NCBI GenBank assembly: GCA_963764715.1 | Contig: CAVXTP010000013.1 | Span: 64,001-128,000, forward strand | DNA length: 64,000 bases | Direction: 5' to 3' | Origin: an uncultured Acidobacteriota bacterium | GTDB lineage: Bacteria; Acidobacteriota; Thermoanaerobaculia; UBA5066; Gp7-AA6 | Part shown: piece after piece, positions 8,637 through 18,561 of the stretch | How positions within the stretch are numbered: the stretch's first letter is position 1 | How the letters are laid out: each line of letters starts with the position of its first letter | The notes under the pieces: model-generated | Database searches by the model: none | What the model saw: the letters and a program-made list of their open reading frames with translations, nothing else | What the model was told of the DNA's origin: nothing | Program-made: the position numbers and the translations under genes

Positions 8637-11271
8637 CCTGCTCGCGGTGCTCGATCCCCTCGGCCACCGTCGTCAGGCGCATGGCGCGGCCGAGGTCGAC
8701 GATGCCGCGGGCGAGCAGCGATAGGCCCAGATCGCTCGAGGATTCCTGAATGAACGAACGGTCGATCTTCAGGATGTCGACGGGCAGGTTCTGCAGGTAC
8801 GCGAGCGACGAGTAGCCCGTTCCGAAGTCGTCGATCGCCAGGCGCAGGCCGAGCTCCTTCAGCGAGCGCAGCCGCGGGATCATCGCCCGCGGGTCGACCA
8901 TGATGAGGCTCTCGGTCACCTCGAGCACCAGCCGGGCGGGCGGGAGTCCGGCCCGCGCGATCGCGGCCGCGACCTGCTCGACGACGTCGGGCTCCTGGAG
9001 CTGGCGCGAGGAAAGATTGACGCTGACGTGGGTCGTCGCCCCCGGCCCCGCGAGCTCGGCGATCCGGCGGCACGCCTCCTCGATGACCCAGAGGCCGATC
9101 GGAACGATCAGGCCGGTCTCCTCGGCGAGCGAGATGAATGCCCCGGGCGCCAGCAGCCCGCGGCGGGGATGGCGCCAGCGGACGAGGGCCTCGGCGCCGA
9201 CGATCGTCCCCGACGAGAGCTCGACGATGGGCTGGTAGTGAAGGACGAGCTGGTCTTCGGCGAGTGCGCGACGCAGATCGCTCTCGAGCTCCAGCCGCTC
9301 GATGACGGCCGCGCGCATCCCCGGCTCGAAGACTTCGAATCCGCCCTTGCCCTTTTCCTTGGCGATGTAGAGCGCCACGTCCGCGTTGCGGAGCAGCTCC
9401 CCGTCCGCATCGCCCGGAACGCCGACCGCGATGCCGGTCGAGGCCGACAGGAAGACCTCCTTGCCGAGGAGGGCGATCGGCTCCCGGAGGGCCGCGGCGA
9501 TCCGGTCGGCGACTTCGCGGGCGGTCGCGGCTCCGGCCGTGTCCTCGAGGAGGAGAGCGAACTCGTCGCCGCCCAGGCGCGCGGCCGTGTCGCCGGCCCG
9601 GATGCAGCCGAGGATCCGGCGCGCCACCTCGACGAGGACCTCGTCGCCGGCGACGTGCCCGAACGTGTCGTTGATCGCCTTGAAGTCGTCGAGGTCCAGC
9701 AACAGAACGGAGCAGGGCCGGCGGTCGCGCTGGCTGCGGGCCTGGGCATGGGCCACGCGGTCGGAGAGGAGCGAACGGTTGGCGAGCTTCGTGAGGGGAT
9801 CGTGGAATGCCTGGTGCGTCAGCTGGTTCTCGAGCGCCTTGCGGTCCTCGATGTCGCGGATCGTGAGCACGAGGCCCTGGATCGTCGGGTCCTCGAGCAG
9901 GTTCATCACGATCACCTCGGCGAAGAACCACTCCCCTCCGCGCCGCCGGAGGCGCCACTCGGCCGGCGCGGGCGCGCCCGGACGAGACGCGACTTCCGCA
10001 ACGATCGCGAGAGCGCGCGCCTGGTCCTCGGGGTGGAGCAGATCCGTCAGGCGGGTGCCGTCGAGCTCTTCGGGCCGGTATCCGAGGAGGCGTTCGACGG
10101 AGGGCGTCTGGTATCGGATCACCGTTTCGGGGGAGACGACCGCGATCATGTCGGAGGAGTTCTGGACGAGGGAGCGGAAGCGCGCCTCGCTCGCGCGGGC
10201 CGCGCTCTGCGCCGAGAGGCGCACGTTCTCCGACACCGCCATGTACTGGCGCACGAGGACGGCGGTCGTCAGGGCGATGGCCCCGAGAACGACGCCGAGC
10301 GAGGTCTGTTTCTGGGAAATGGCCGAAAAGAACAGCGTCCCGTAGCCGAGAACGACGGCGAGGTACGGAGCGAGGCTGATCGAGGGGCGCGTGGCATCCT
10401 CGGGCGCCGGCTGGGCGGCGGCCGGTCCGAGCCGGCGCTGCACCTCGGCGCTCGCGCCGAAGAACAGCCACGCCGCCATCGCGACGACGTCGAGGGTGCT
10501 GCCGCTGCGGTAGGCGGAGGTCAGGCTCATCACGCTCGAAACCGAGTCGTTGATGACCGTGACCATGAGGCCGGCCGTCAGCAGGAGGAACACGAGCCGG
10601 ACCGCGTCCGCCCGGCGCCGCGCCGCGATGACCGACATGCCGAAGAGAAGGATGAGGTCGCCCAGGGGATAGCCGATTCTCAGCACGACCTCCGAAAAGT
10701 CGGTGGCCTCGGTCGACACGAGCGGGGAGAGCAGCGCGGACCAGAGGAGCATGAGGCCGCCGAGAAAGACCGTCGCGACGTCCAGCCAGAACTGCCGGGC
10801 CTCCGCCCGCGTCTGCAGGAAGCGCGGAAACGAGAGAAGTCCCAGAAGAAGGGGCGGGTAGTACGCCACGTAGGCGATCTGGCTCGCGAGGTATCCGGGC
10901 CCGGACGTTCCGGCCTCGCGGAGAATCCACTGGGAGACGAACCAGAGCACGTCGCCCAGCCAGAAGAACACGAAAGCGACGGTCAGGAGGCGCCACGCGC
11001 GCGCGGTCGGGGCGTCGAGCCCCGGGACCCGGCTCGCCCGGAAGGCGAGCGCGGCGACGAGGAGGCCGACCGGCAGGAAGGTGACGTCGCTCGGGAAGGA
11101 GCGCGCCTCGTCGGTCAGCCCCGAGGTCAGGGTCCAGACGCTGTAGCCGACGCCGATGAGCGCGAGGAGCGCAAACGCCGCGCCGGACCGGCCGGAGCGT
11201 CGAGACGCCGGATCGCCGAGCGGTCCCGGAACCGGACCCGAAACGTCGGTCCTGATCGCCGCTCGACTCAC
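8512..11271 (-). CDS. Membrane-bound PAS-GGDEF-EAL diguanylate cyclase/phosphodiesterase
   Basis: Multiple N-terminal TM helices, PAS (RFRSLVQNSSD...HPED), HDPLTKLANR, GGDEF, EALVRW, DDFGTGYSS. Confidence 0.95.
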   Translation of the reverse strand: MSRAAIRTDVSGPVPGPLGDPASRRSGRSGAAFALLALIGVGYSVWTLTSGLTDEARSFPSDVTFLPVGLLVAALAFRASRVPGLDAPTARAWRLLTVAFVFFWLGDVLWFVSQWILREAGTSGPGYLASQIAYVAYYPPLLLGLLSFPRFLQTRAEARQFWLDVATVFLGGLMLLWSALLSPLVSTEATDFSEVVLRIGYPLGDLILLFGMSVIAARRRADAVRLVFLLLTAGLMVTVINDSVSSVMSLTSAYRSGSTLDVVAMAAWLFFGASAEVQRRLGPAAAQPAPEDATRPSISLAPYLAVVLGYGTLFFSAISQKQTSLGVVLGAIALTTAVLVRQYMAVSENVRLSAQSAARASEARFRSLVQNSSDMIAVVSPETVIRYQTPSVERLLGYRPEELDGTRLTDLLHPEDQARALAIVAEVASRPGAPAPAEWRLRRRGGEWFFAEVIVMNLLEDPTIQGLVLTIRDIEDRKALENQLTHQAFHDPLTKLANRSLLSDRVAHAQARSQRDRRPCSVLLLDLDDFKAINDTFGHVAGDEVLVEVARRILGCIRAGDTAARLGGDEFALLLEDTAGAATAREVADRIAAALREPIALLGKEVFLSASTGIAVGVPGDADGELLRNADVALYIAKEKGKGGFEVFEPGMRAAVIERLELESDLRRALAEDQLVLHYQPIVELSSGTIVGAEALVRWRHPRRGLLAPGAFISLAEETGLIVPIGLWVIEEACRRIAELAGPGATTHVSVNLSSRQLQEPDVVEQVAAAIARAGLPPARLVLEVTESLIMVDPRAMIPRLRSLKELGLRLAIDDFGTGYSSLAYLQNLPVDILKIDRSFIQESSSDLGLSLLARGIVDLGRAMRLTTVAEGIEHREQVSALRETACEFGQGFFLARPMEDAEFAKLLSSGMTLPRPKA

Positions 11272-11323
11272 CCGATCATTGTCGCCGATCGCCGGCCGGC
11301 TGCCGCACCCGATCGGCGCCGGG

Positions 11324-11572
11324 CTAGGTCTTTCGTGTTTTCCGGTAGATCCAGAGCACCAGGATCGCGCCGAGAAGCGCCCCGACGAAGCCCGCGGGCT
11401 CGCCTTCCTGGTACAGACCGAGCATCCGCCCGAGGAAGCCTCCGACGACGGCGCCGACGATGCCGAGCAGCGTGGTCACGATCCAGCCGCCGGGATCCTT
11501 GCCGGGCATGAGGAGCTTGGCGAGCGCGCCGACGATGAGGCCGAAGATGATCCAGCCGAGGATTCCGAACAT
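11324..11572 (-). CDS. GlsB/YeaQ/YmgE (transglycosylase-associated) stress membrane protein
   Basis: WIIFGLIVGALAKLLMPGKDPGG..T.LLGIVGA.VGG; SD AGGAGG upstream. Confidence 0.92.
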   Translation of the reverse strand: MFGILGWIIFGLIVGALAKLLMPGKDPGGWIVTTLLGIVGAVVGGFLGRMLGLYQEGEPAGFVGALLGAILVLWIYRKTRKT

Positions 11573-11658
11573 GGCCTGCCTCCTTCGGAAGTTTCGACCG
11601 AGATGCTGCCGCGACGATACATCGTCCGCGCGAAAATGCTGCTAGGCTTCGGCGCAGC

Positions 11659-13878
11659 ATGAACCGCCGCACGAAGGGAATCCCCGCCCTCGGCCTGCTC
11701 GCGCTTCTCGGACCCTCGATCCTGTTCGGCCAGACGGTCCCGGCTCCGGCCCCGCCGCCGCGTCCGAAGATCGGCCTCGCTCTCGGAGGCGGCGGCGCGC
11801 GCGGCATGGCGCACATCGGCGTCATCCGGATGCTCGAGGAGCTGCACATCCCGATCGACTACGTCGCCGGCACGAGCATGGGCTCGATCATCGGGGGCCT
11901 CTACTCCTGCGGCTTCACTCCCGACCAGATGGAGAAGGTCATCCAGGCGATCAACTGGGGGACGCTCTTCGAGGACGCGCCGGAGCGCGCGCAGCAGTCC
12001 TTCCGCCAGAAGGAGGACGATTTCGACCACCTGATCCCGCTCGAGTTCGGCCTGAACCTCAAGAAGGGCGGTCTCGTTCTGCCGCCGGGTCTCGTCGCGG
12101 GCAGCAAGCTCGGTTTCGTACTTCAGAGCGTGACGCTCCCGTGCTCGACCATCTCCAACTTCGACGACTATCGCATTCCGTTCCGTGCCGTCGCGACCGA
12201 CATCCAGACGGGTCAGCCCTACGTGATGTCGAAAGGAAACCTCGCACGCGTCATGCGGGCGAGCATGGCGATCCCGGCGATCTTCACGCCGGGGGAGATC
12301 GACGGCCACGTGCTGATCGACGGCGGCGAGTCCGAGAACCTTCCCGTCCAGACCGTCAAGGCCATGGGCGCCGACATCGTGATCGCGGTCAACGTCGGCT
12401 CCTCCGGCGCGGAGATCGCCGAGGCGCCGACCAACGTCGGCGGGATGATCAGCCGGCTCATCGACCTTCCCCTCCAGCAGAACACGATGGCGTCGGCCAG
12501 GCTCGCGACGATCGTGATCACGCCGAACCTCGAGGGGTACACCTCCGCCGACTTCCTCAAGGGGCCGGCGATGATCCCCCTCGGCTACAAGGCGGCGGAA
12601 GCCCAGCGGGACAAGCTCGCGGCCTGGTCGGAGCCCGAGAGCGTCTTTCGCGCCTGGAAACAGGGCCACGACGCCCCGCTGGCGCCGCTGCCGTACATCG
12701 ACGAGGTCATCGTCGAGCCCGTGCCCGACGTCGATTCGAGGCGCATCTCCTATCTCGTCGAGACGAAGGCCGGCCGGATCCTCGACACGAAGGTCCTCGG
12801 GAGCGATCTGAAGCGGATCTACGCGATGGGGATCTTCGAGATCGTCAGCTACTCGATCACATCGGAGGACCGGAAGAACGTCCTGCGGATCAAGGCGACG
12901 CCGAAGTCGTGGGGGCCGACGTACCTGAAGCTGGGACTCGCCCTCGGCACGGACTTCCAGTACACGACCGAGTTCGGGGTCGTCGCGCTCGTGGACGCGA
13001 CGGAGCTCAATAGGCTCGGCGGCCAGTGGAAGACGACGTTCACGATCGGGAGCCCCCTCGAGGTCAAGTCGCGCTTCTACCAGCCGCTCAGCTACCGCGG
13101 GCACCTCTTCGCGTCTCCGTACGGGGCGTGGCGCCAGCAGAACGCGCAGGTCTTTCTCGACCAGGTCGCGGTCGGCACCTATCAGGTCTCGCGCGGCGCC
13201 GTGGGCTTCGATCTCGGCTACGACTTCGGGACGTGGGGAGAGGCGCGCGTGGGTTACGTGCGGGCGTTCGGGAAGGGCACGCGCAAGGTCGGCGACCCCA
13301 TTTTCCCCAACCTGACCTGGGACGAAGGCGCGTTCGCCACCAACTTCACCGTCGACCAGATCGACAACGTGAACCTGCCGCACGCGGGCTACCTCGGCCG
13401 GGTGGAATACATCGCCAACCGCGAGAGCCTCGGGGGCACGACGTCCTACGACCGCCTCGAGGCCGGCCTGATCGGCGTGCAGACGATCGGGCGCTGGACG
13501 GGCCTCGCCAGGATCGGGGGCGGCAGCGGCCTGAGCACGAACATCCCGTTCTACGACCAGTTCTTCCTGGGCGGCCTCTTCCGCCTGTCGGGGCGGCCCA
13601 CGGGACAGCTCACGGGAAACGCCTACGGGCTCGGGGCGTTCCTGCTGTACTACCGGCTCAACGAGACGGCCGGGCTCGTCCTCAAGAACCTGTCGGTGGG
13701 CGTCTCGATCGAAACCGGAAGAACGTGGCTCTACCAGGAGCCGATGACGTTCCAGGGCTTCAAGCTGGCCGGCAGCGTTTACGTCATCGCCGACACGATC
13801 CTCGGGCCCCTCTTCGTCGGCTACGGCCACTCCGGAAGCAACAACTCCGCCTACCTGACGCTGAACCGAAGTTTCTAG
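11659..13878 (+). CDS. Patatin-like phospholipase fused to POTRA and Omp85/BamA-type barrel (PlpD-like, type Vd)
   Basis: Signal peptide, GGGGARG, GTSMG, DGG motifs; C-terminal beta-strand-rich region with LGGLFRLSG, DTILGPLFVGYG and terminal Phe. Confidence 0.9.
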   Translation: MNRRTKGIPALGLLALLGPSILFGQTVPAPAPPPRPKIGLALGGGGARGMAHIGVIRMLEELHIPIDYVAGTSMGSIIGGLYSCGFTPDQMEKVIQAINWGTLFEDAPERAQQSFRQKEDDFDHLIPLEFGLNLKKGGLVLPPGLVAGSKLGFVLQSVTLPCSTISNFDDYRIPFRAVATDIQTGQPYVMSKGNLARVMRASMAIPAIFTPGEIDGHVLIDGGESENLPVQTVKAMGADIVIAVNVGSSGAEIAEAPTNVGGMISRLIDLPLQQNTMASARLATIVITPNLEGYTSADFLKGPAMIPLGYKAAEAQRDKLAAWSEPESVFRAWKQGHDAPLAPLPYIDEVIVEPVPDVDSRRISYLVETKAGRILDTKVLGSDLKRIYAMGIFEIVSYSITSEDRKNVLRIKATPKSWGPTYLKLGLALGTDFQYTTEFGVVALVDATELNRLGGQWKTTFTIGSPLEVKSRFYQPLSYRGHLFASPYGAWRQQNAQVFLDQVAVGTYQVSRGAVGFDLGYDFGTWGEARVGYVRAFGKGTRKVGDPIFPNLTWDEGAFATNFTVDQIDNVNLPHAGYLGRVEYIANRESLGGTTSYDRLEAGLIGVQTIGRWTGLARIGGGSGLSTNIPFYDQFFLGGLFRLSGRPTGQLTGNAYGLGAFLLYYRLNETAGLVLKNLSVGVSIETGRTWLYQEPMTFQGFKLAGSVYVIADTILGPLFVGYGHSGSNNSAYLTLNRSF

Positions 13879-13966
13879 GGTCAGGTCTTCATTTTTCGGA
13901 TTCCGGTTCTGGCAAGGCTCGAGGTCGAGCCTGGCCGGGTTCTCGAAAAAGTGAAGACCTGACCCC
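13878..13966. repeat. Palindromic REP/MITE-like element, copy 1
   Basis: GGGTCAGGTCTTCATTTTTCG ... CGAAAAAGTGAAGACCTGACCCC inverted arms; homologous to 31013-31079 and 60566-60629. Confidence 0.9.
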
Positions 13967-15350
13967 TTACCCGGTTCAATCCGTCCAGCCCCGCCACCTT
14001 GTAGGCCTCGGCCATGGTCGGGTAGTTGAAGACGGCGTCGCGGAAGTAGTCGAGGGTGCCGCCGAAGGCGAGCACCGCCTGCCCGATGTGGATGATCTCG
14101 GTGGCGCGCTCTCCGAAGATGTGGACGCCGAGGAGCTTCCGGCTCTTCGGGTCGAAGAGCAGCTTCAGCATTCCCGCCTCGACGCCGAGCATCTGGCCCT
14201 TGGCGAGCTCGTCGAAGCGCGACAGGCCGATCTCGTAAGGCACTTTCGCCGCGGTCAGCTCCTGCTCGGTCTTGCCGACCATCGAGATCTCGGGAATCGT
14301 GTAGATGCCGTAGGGGACCGCCTCGGGCCGGCTGTCGCAGGACGCGCCGAACATGTGGCAGCTGGCGAGCCGTCCCTGCTCCATCGAGGTCGAGGCGAGC
14401 GCCGGGAATCCGATGACGTCGCCGGCGGCGTAGATGTGCGGAACGGCCGTCTGAAAGTGCTCGTTGACCTTGATCCGGCCGCGGTCGTCGGCGGTCAGGC
14501 CCGCGGCCGAGAGGTTCATGAGGTCGGCGTTCGTCTGCCGGCCGACCGTGTAGAGCAGCGACGCGCCGTGGACCTCCTTGCCGCTCTCGAGGGACGCCAC
14601 GACGCGGTCCTTCGCGTCGCGGCCGACCGAGACGACCTTCTCGCCGAGGCGGAACGTCGCGCCGCGCTGGCGCATGAAGTACATGAGGGCCTCGATCATC
14701 TCGGCGTCGACGAAATCGAGGATCGTCGGGCGCGCCTCGATGACCGTCACCTTGATGCCCAGCGCGGTGACCATCGAGGCGTATTCGAGGCCGATGACTC
14801 CGGCGCCCACGACGATGAGGTCGCGCGGCAGCTCCGTTCCCTGGAGGAGCTGGTCCGAGTCGATGACGCGCTTGCCGTCGAGCGGCACCGTGGGGTTGTG
14901 CGCCGGCCGGGTCCCGCAGGCGATCAGGATGTGGTCCGCCCGCAGGAGGGCCGGGCCCTCGAGCGACGCGACCTCGATGGTGTGCGGGTCGACGAAGCGC
15001 GCCGCGCCGTGCACGGTCGCGACGTGATTGCGCGCGAGCTGCGCCCGGACGACCTCCATCTCCTTCGCGAGGACCTTCTGCACGCGGAAGGCGAGGTCGG
15101 CGACGGTGATCTCGCGGTTGACCGCGTAATCCTTGCCGTAGAAGCTCTTCTCCCGGAACCCGCTCAAGTACATGATCGCTTCGCGGAGCGTCTTCGACGG
15201 GATGGTGCCGGTATGGAGGCAGACGCCCCCGACCATCTCTTTGCGGTCGATCACGGCGGCCTTCTTGCCGAGCTTGGCGGCGGCGATCGAGGCCTTCTGG
15301 CCGGCCGGGCCCGAGCCGATGACGACGAGGTCGTAGACGGCAGGTTCCAT
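13881..15350 (-). CDS. sthA: Soluble (Si-specific) pyridine nucleotide transhydrogenase
   Basis: GSGPAG, GGVCLHTGTIPSKTLREA (single Cys), GAGVIGLEYA, GDVIGFPALASTSMEQGR, FNYPTMAEAYKVA. Confidence 0.93.
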   Translation of the reverse strand: MEPAVYDLVVIGSGPAGQKASIAAAKLGKKAAVIDRKEMVGGVCLHTGTIPSKTLREAIMYLSGFREKSFYGKDYAVNREITVADLAFRVQKVLAKEMEVVRAQLARNHVATVHGAARFVDPHTIEVASLEGPALLRADHILIACGTRPAHNPTVPLDGKRVIDSDQLLQGTELPRDLIVVGAGVIGLEYASMVTALGIKVTVIEARPTILDFVDAEMIEALMYFMRQRGATFRLGEKVVSVGRDAKDRVVASLESGKEVHGASLLYTVGRQTNADLMNLSAAGLTADDRGRIKVNEHFQTAVPHIYAAGDVIGFPALASTSMEQGRLASCHMFGASCDSRPEAVPYGIYTIPEISMVGKTEQELTAAKVPYEIGLSRFDELAKGQMLGVEAGMLKLLFDPKSRKLLGVHIFGERATEIIHIGQAVLAFGGTLDYFRDAVFNYPTMAEAYKVAGLDGLNRVRGQVFTFSRTRPGSTSSLARTGIRKMKT

Positions 15351-15363
15351 GGCGATCAGCTTC

Positions 15364-18300
15364 TCACGCGGGGCGTGAAGACGGCGTGGACTCGGTCGGA
15401 AGCATGACGAGCTCTCCCGTGTGCAGGAAGAATAGTCCGGCGCGCGTCGGACGGCCGGTCAGGCGTTCCCAGTATCGCCGGTAGTGGCCGATCTGCGGGG
15501 CGTAGAAGGCCTCGAGGGCCGCCCGGTTCTCCGGAGTGACGGTGTCGGACTTGTAGTCGACGAGGACCCAGCCGTCCGGCTCCTCGAAGACGAGGTCGAT
15601 GGCGCCCTGGAGGACGGTCCCCGCCGGGGCTTCCGCCCGGTTGAGCTCCTGCGCCGGGACGGACAGTGCGAAGGGGACCTCGGCCAGACGGGTCTTCGAC
15701 GCGAGCGCCCGCGTCCAGAGGGGCGACTTCCGAACTCCTTCCACGATCCGCACGACGTCGTCGAGGTCCCCGGCCGGGCGCTCCTCCCCGGCGAGGAGGT
15801 TCGCGGCGACGAGGCGCAGGTCCGCCTTCGGGTCGCGCATCGCGGCTTCGAGCGCGCCGTGGAGCACCCGCCCCCACGACATGCCGCGACCCGTCGACTC
15901 CCAGGCCGGCTTCTCCCCGAGGTGCGCCACGTCCGTGACGGACACGACCCCGTACGAGGGAACCGCGCTCGCCTGCCGCCGCCGCAGGCGTTCGCGGCGG
16001 AAGGCTTCGAGCTCCCGCCCGACGGCCGCGAATCGCGCCGGCTGGGGAGGCGCCGGACCCGGTCCGGGCTCGGGCAGCTCCTGCGTCAGATAGGGTGCGA
16101 GGGCGCACCACGGGCCCTGCGCGTTCTCGCTCCGTCCCTGCTTCCAGAGGCTGACGACCAGCATGTCGCGGGCGCGGGTGGCCGCGACGTAGAGGAGTCG
16201 GAGCCTCTCGGCCTCGTCGAACGCCTCCGCGGCCGTCTCGAGCTCTTCCCACGCCGGAGGCTCGGCGACCTCGACGACTCCGAATCCTTCGGTCTCGCGG
16301 ATCACCCTCCAGTGGCCCCGCGCGCTCGCGAGGCGTCGGTCGATCGTGAACCGGATCGGCCGGTCGCGCTCCCGGCGGGGGTCGGCGAGGAACACCACCG
16401 GGGCCTCGAGGCCCTTGGCGCCGTGCACGGTCAGCAGGCGCACGGCGCCGGGGCGTCCGGGCCGGGCGCTCATCTCCTCGATGTAGCCCTCGTTGGTGAG
16501 CCGCTCGAGCTCCGCGACCACCCCGGCGAAGTCGAGGCCCTCGCCCGAGAACGTGCGCGCCGCGGCCATCGCCTTCAGCAGGTTGCCCGCGCGGCTGTCG
16601 GCGAGCTCCCGCGCGCCGGCATACGCGGTCCAGCCGAGCCGCTCGCCGAGTCGCGCAATTGCAGCCCCCGGCGGGAGGCTCTGCGCGAGCGCCTCGCCCT
16701 CGCGCAGGAGGTCGCAGGCTCGGGCGATCCGCGGGTCGGGATCCGGAGGAAGGGCGGCCCGGAACGAGAAGCGTCCTCCGGACCGGGAGTGCCGGTAGAG
16801 CGCCTCGTCGTCGACGCCGAAGAGCGGGCCGCGCAGCACCGCCGCGAACGGGACGGGATCGTCGGGGTCCGAGATCGTCGCGAGCAGCGGCAGCAGCGTG
16901 CGGAGCTCCTCGGAATCCTTGAAGGCCCCGCCGCCCGAGAGCTCGTACGGGATGCCGCGCGCCTCGAGCGCGCGCGCGTACTCGGACATGAACTTCCGCG
17001 TGCGAAAGAGGACGAGGAAATCGCCGGGCGCGCGCTCGCCGCGCCCCACTGCCCCTTCGATCGCGCGGGCGATCCGCAGCGAGTCCTGTTCGACGACGGG
17101 GGCCGTGGCCGGGCCGGAGGTGCGCGTCTGGAGCCGGAACACGGCGGGCTCGCCTTCGGCCCGCCGGGCCGAAAGGGGGACCCAGGCCGCCTGTTGGGGC
17201 GTCGAGGCCGGGGGGAACTCCCGCGCGAAGGCGCCGTTGACCCAGGCGCAGAGCCGCCCCGTCGACCGGAAGTTGGAGGAGAGGTGCAGGACCCGCCCGC
17301 TCTTCTCCAGACGCTCGCGCACCGCGCTGTACGTCTCGATGTCGGCGCGCCGGAAACGGTAGATGGACTGCTTGGGATCGCCCACGACGAAGAGGCTTCC
17401 GGGGCGCGGCGTAAGCTTCTTCCAGTCCTTCTCCTCGACGTCGGCGCCGGTCAGGTAGAAGAGGATCTCGGCCTGGATCGGGTCGGTGTCCTGGAATTCG
17501 TCGACGAGGATCGGCAGAAAGCGGTCCTGGAAGGCGGTCCGCACGCGCGGATGCCCCCGGAGGAGATCGCGTGCGATCAGGAGCAGGTCCTGGAAGTTGA
17601 GCCTCCCGTGGCGAAGGCGCCATGCGGCGTAGTCCTGCGCGGCCGGGGCGACGGCGCGCATCAGGATCGGGTGGAGGAACTCGCGCCAGCGCCGCAGGCC
17701 CGGCTCGAGCGCTTCGCGGCAGAGCGTCTCGAACTCGGCCCGCAGGCGCCCGGCCTCGGTCCCTTTCTTCTTCGCCCGGTCGAGCGCGTCGAGGACCTGC
17801 GCGAAGGCGGCGGCGTCGGCGGTGTCGCGCAGGGCCACGAGCCGGGCGGCCCGTCGCACGGCCTCCTGGTAGTCGGTCCAGCCGCCCGGCGGCATCTCCG
17901 TCGGAAGCTCGGCCTGAGCCCGGCCCAGAAACTTCGCGACCGCCGCGCGCTCGGCCGAGAAATCGGGCGCCGTCTCCTCCGCTCCGATCGACGGCACGAC
18001 ATCCTCGTTGTCCGACAGCGTCTCGTAGGTCTGGCGCAGGTCCTCGAGCCGGACGTTCAGCGCCGAGAGCCGCGGCAGGATCGGATTCTCGTCGGTGAAG
18101 AGCCGCTCGGTGTAGCGCTCCCAGGCCTCCAGGCGGGCGGCCGCGTTCTCGGGCTCGTCCATCTCGTCGAACCCCGGATCGACGCCGGCCTCGACCGGCC
18201 GCTCGCGGAGGAGCCGCGCGCAGAACGCGTGGATCGTGCCGACGAAAGCGGAGTCGAGGCGCGAGAGCGCGGCGTCGAGCCGCGACTTCTCCTCGCCGCT

Positions 18301-18561
18301 CGCCGCCCGCGCGGCCGCTTCGAGGCTCGTCTGGAATCTCTCGGACAGCTCCGCGGCCGCCTTGATCGTGAAGGTGACGGCGGACAGGCGGTCGATCGTC
18401 GTCGCGCCGGTGCGGATGAGCGCGGTCATTCGCTCGACGAGGCTCGTCGTCTTGCCGGTCCCGGCGGCGGCCTCGACGAGGAGCGAGGTGCCCAGGTCCT
18501 CGCGGATCGCGCGGCGGGCGTCCTCGTCGGGGAGGGCCCCGCGCGGCTCAGCCTTCGCCAT
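15364..18561 (-). CDS. addA: AddA-like UvrD helicase with C-terminal PD-(D/E)xK nuclease
   Basis: EAAAGTGKT, TFT, TIHAFC, DEFQDTD, VGDPKQSIYRFR, TVHGAKGLE, LLYVAATRARD, GAID...DYKSD. Confidence 0.8.
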   Translation of the reverse strand: MAKAEPRGALPDEDARRAIREDLGTSLLVEAAAGTGKTTSLVERMTALIRTGATTIDRLSAVTFTIKAAAELSERFQTSLEAAARAASGEEKSRLDAALSRLDSAFVGTIHAFCARLLRERPVEAGVDPGFDEMDEPENAAARLEAWERYTERLFTDENPILPRLSALNVRLEDLRQTYETLSDNEDVVPSIGAEETAPDFSAERAAVAKFLGRAQAELPTEMPPGGWTDYQEAVRRAARLVALRDTADAAAFAQVLDALDRAKKKGTEAGRLRAEFETLCREALEPGLRRWREFLHPILMRAVAPAAQDYAAWRLRHGRLNFQDLLLIARDLLRGHPRVRTAFQDRFLPILVDEFQDTDPIQAEILFYLTGADVEEKDWKKLTPRPGSLFVVGDPKQSIYRFRRADIETYSAVRERLEKSGRVLHLSSNFRSTGRLCAWVNGAFAREFPPASTPQQAAWVPLSARRAEGEPAVFRLQTRTSGPATAPVVEQDSLRIARAIEGAVGRGERAPGDFLVLFRTRKFMSEYARALEARGIPYELSGGGAFKDSEELRTLLPLLATISDPDDPVPFAAVLRGPLFGVDDEALYRHSRSGGRFSFRAALPPDPDPRIARACDLLREGEALAQSLPPGAAIARLGERLGWTAYAGARELADSRAGNLLKAMAAARTFSGEGLDFAGVVAELERLTNEGYIEEMSARPGRPGAVRLLTVHGAKGLEAPVVFLADPRRERDRPIRFTIDRRLASARGHWRVIRETEGFGVVEVAEPPAWEELETAAEAFDEAERLRLLYVAATRARDMLVVSLWKQGRSENAQGPWCALAPYLTQELPEPGPGPAPPQPARFAAVGRELEAFRRERLRRRQASAVPSYGVVSVTDVAHLGEKPAWESTGRGMSWGRVLHGALEAAMRDPKADLRLVAANLLAGEERPAGDLDDVVRIVEGVRKSPLWTRALASKTRLAEVPFALSVPAQELNRAEAPAGTVLQGAIDLVFEEPDGWVLVDYKSDTVTPENRAALEAFYAPQIGHYRRYWERLTGRPTRAGLFFLHTGELVMLPTESTPSSRPA

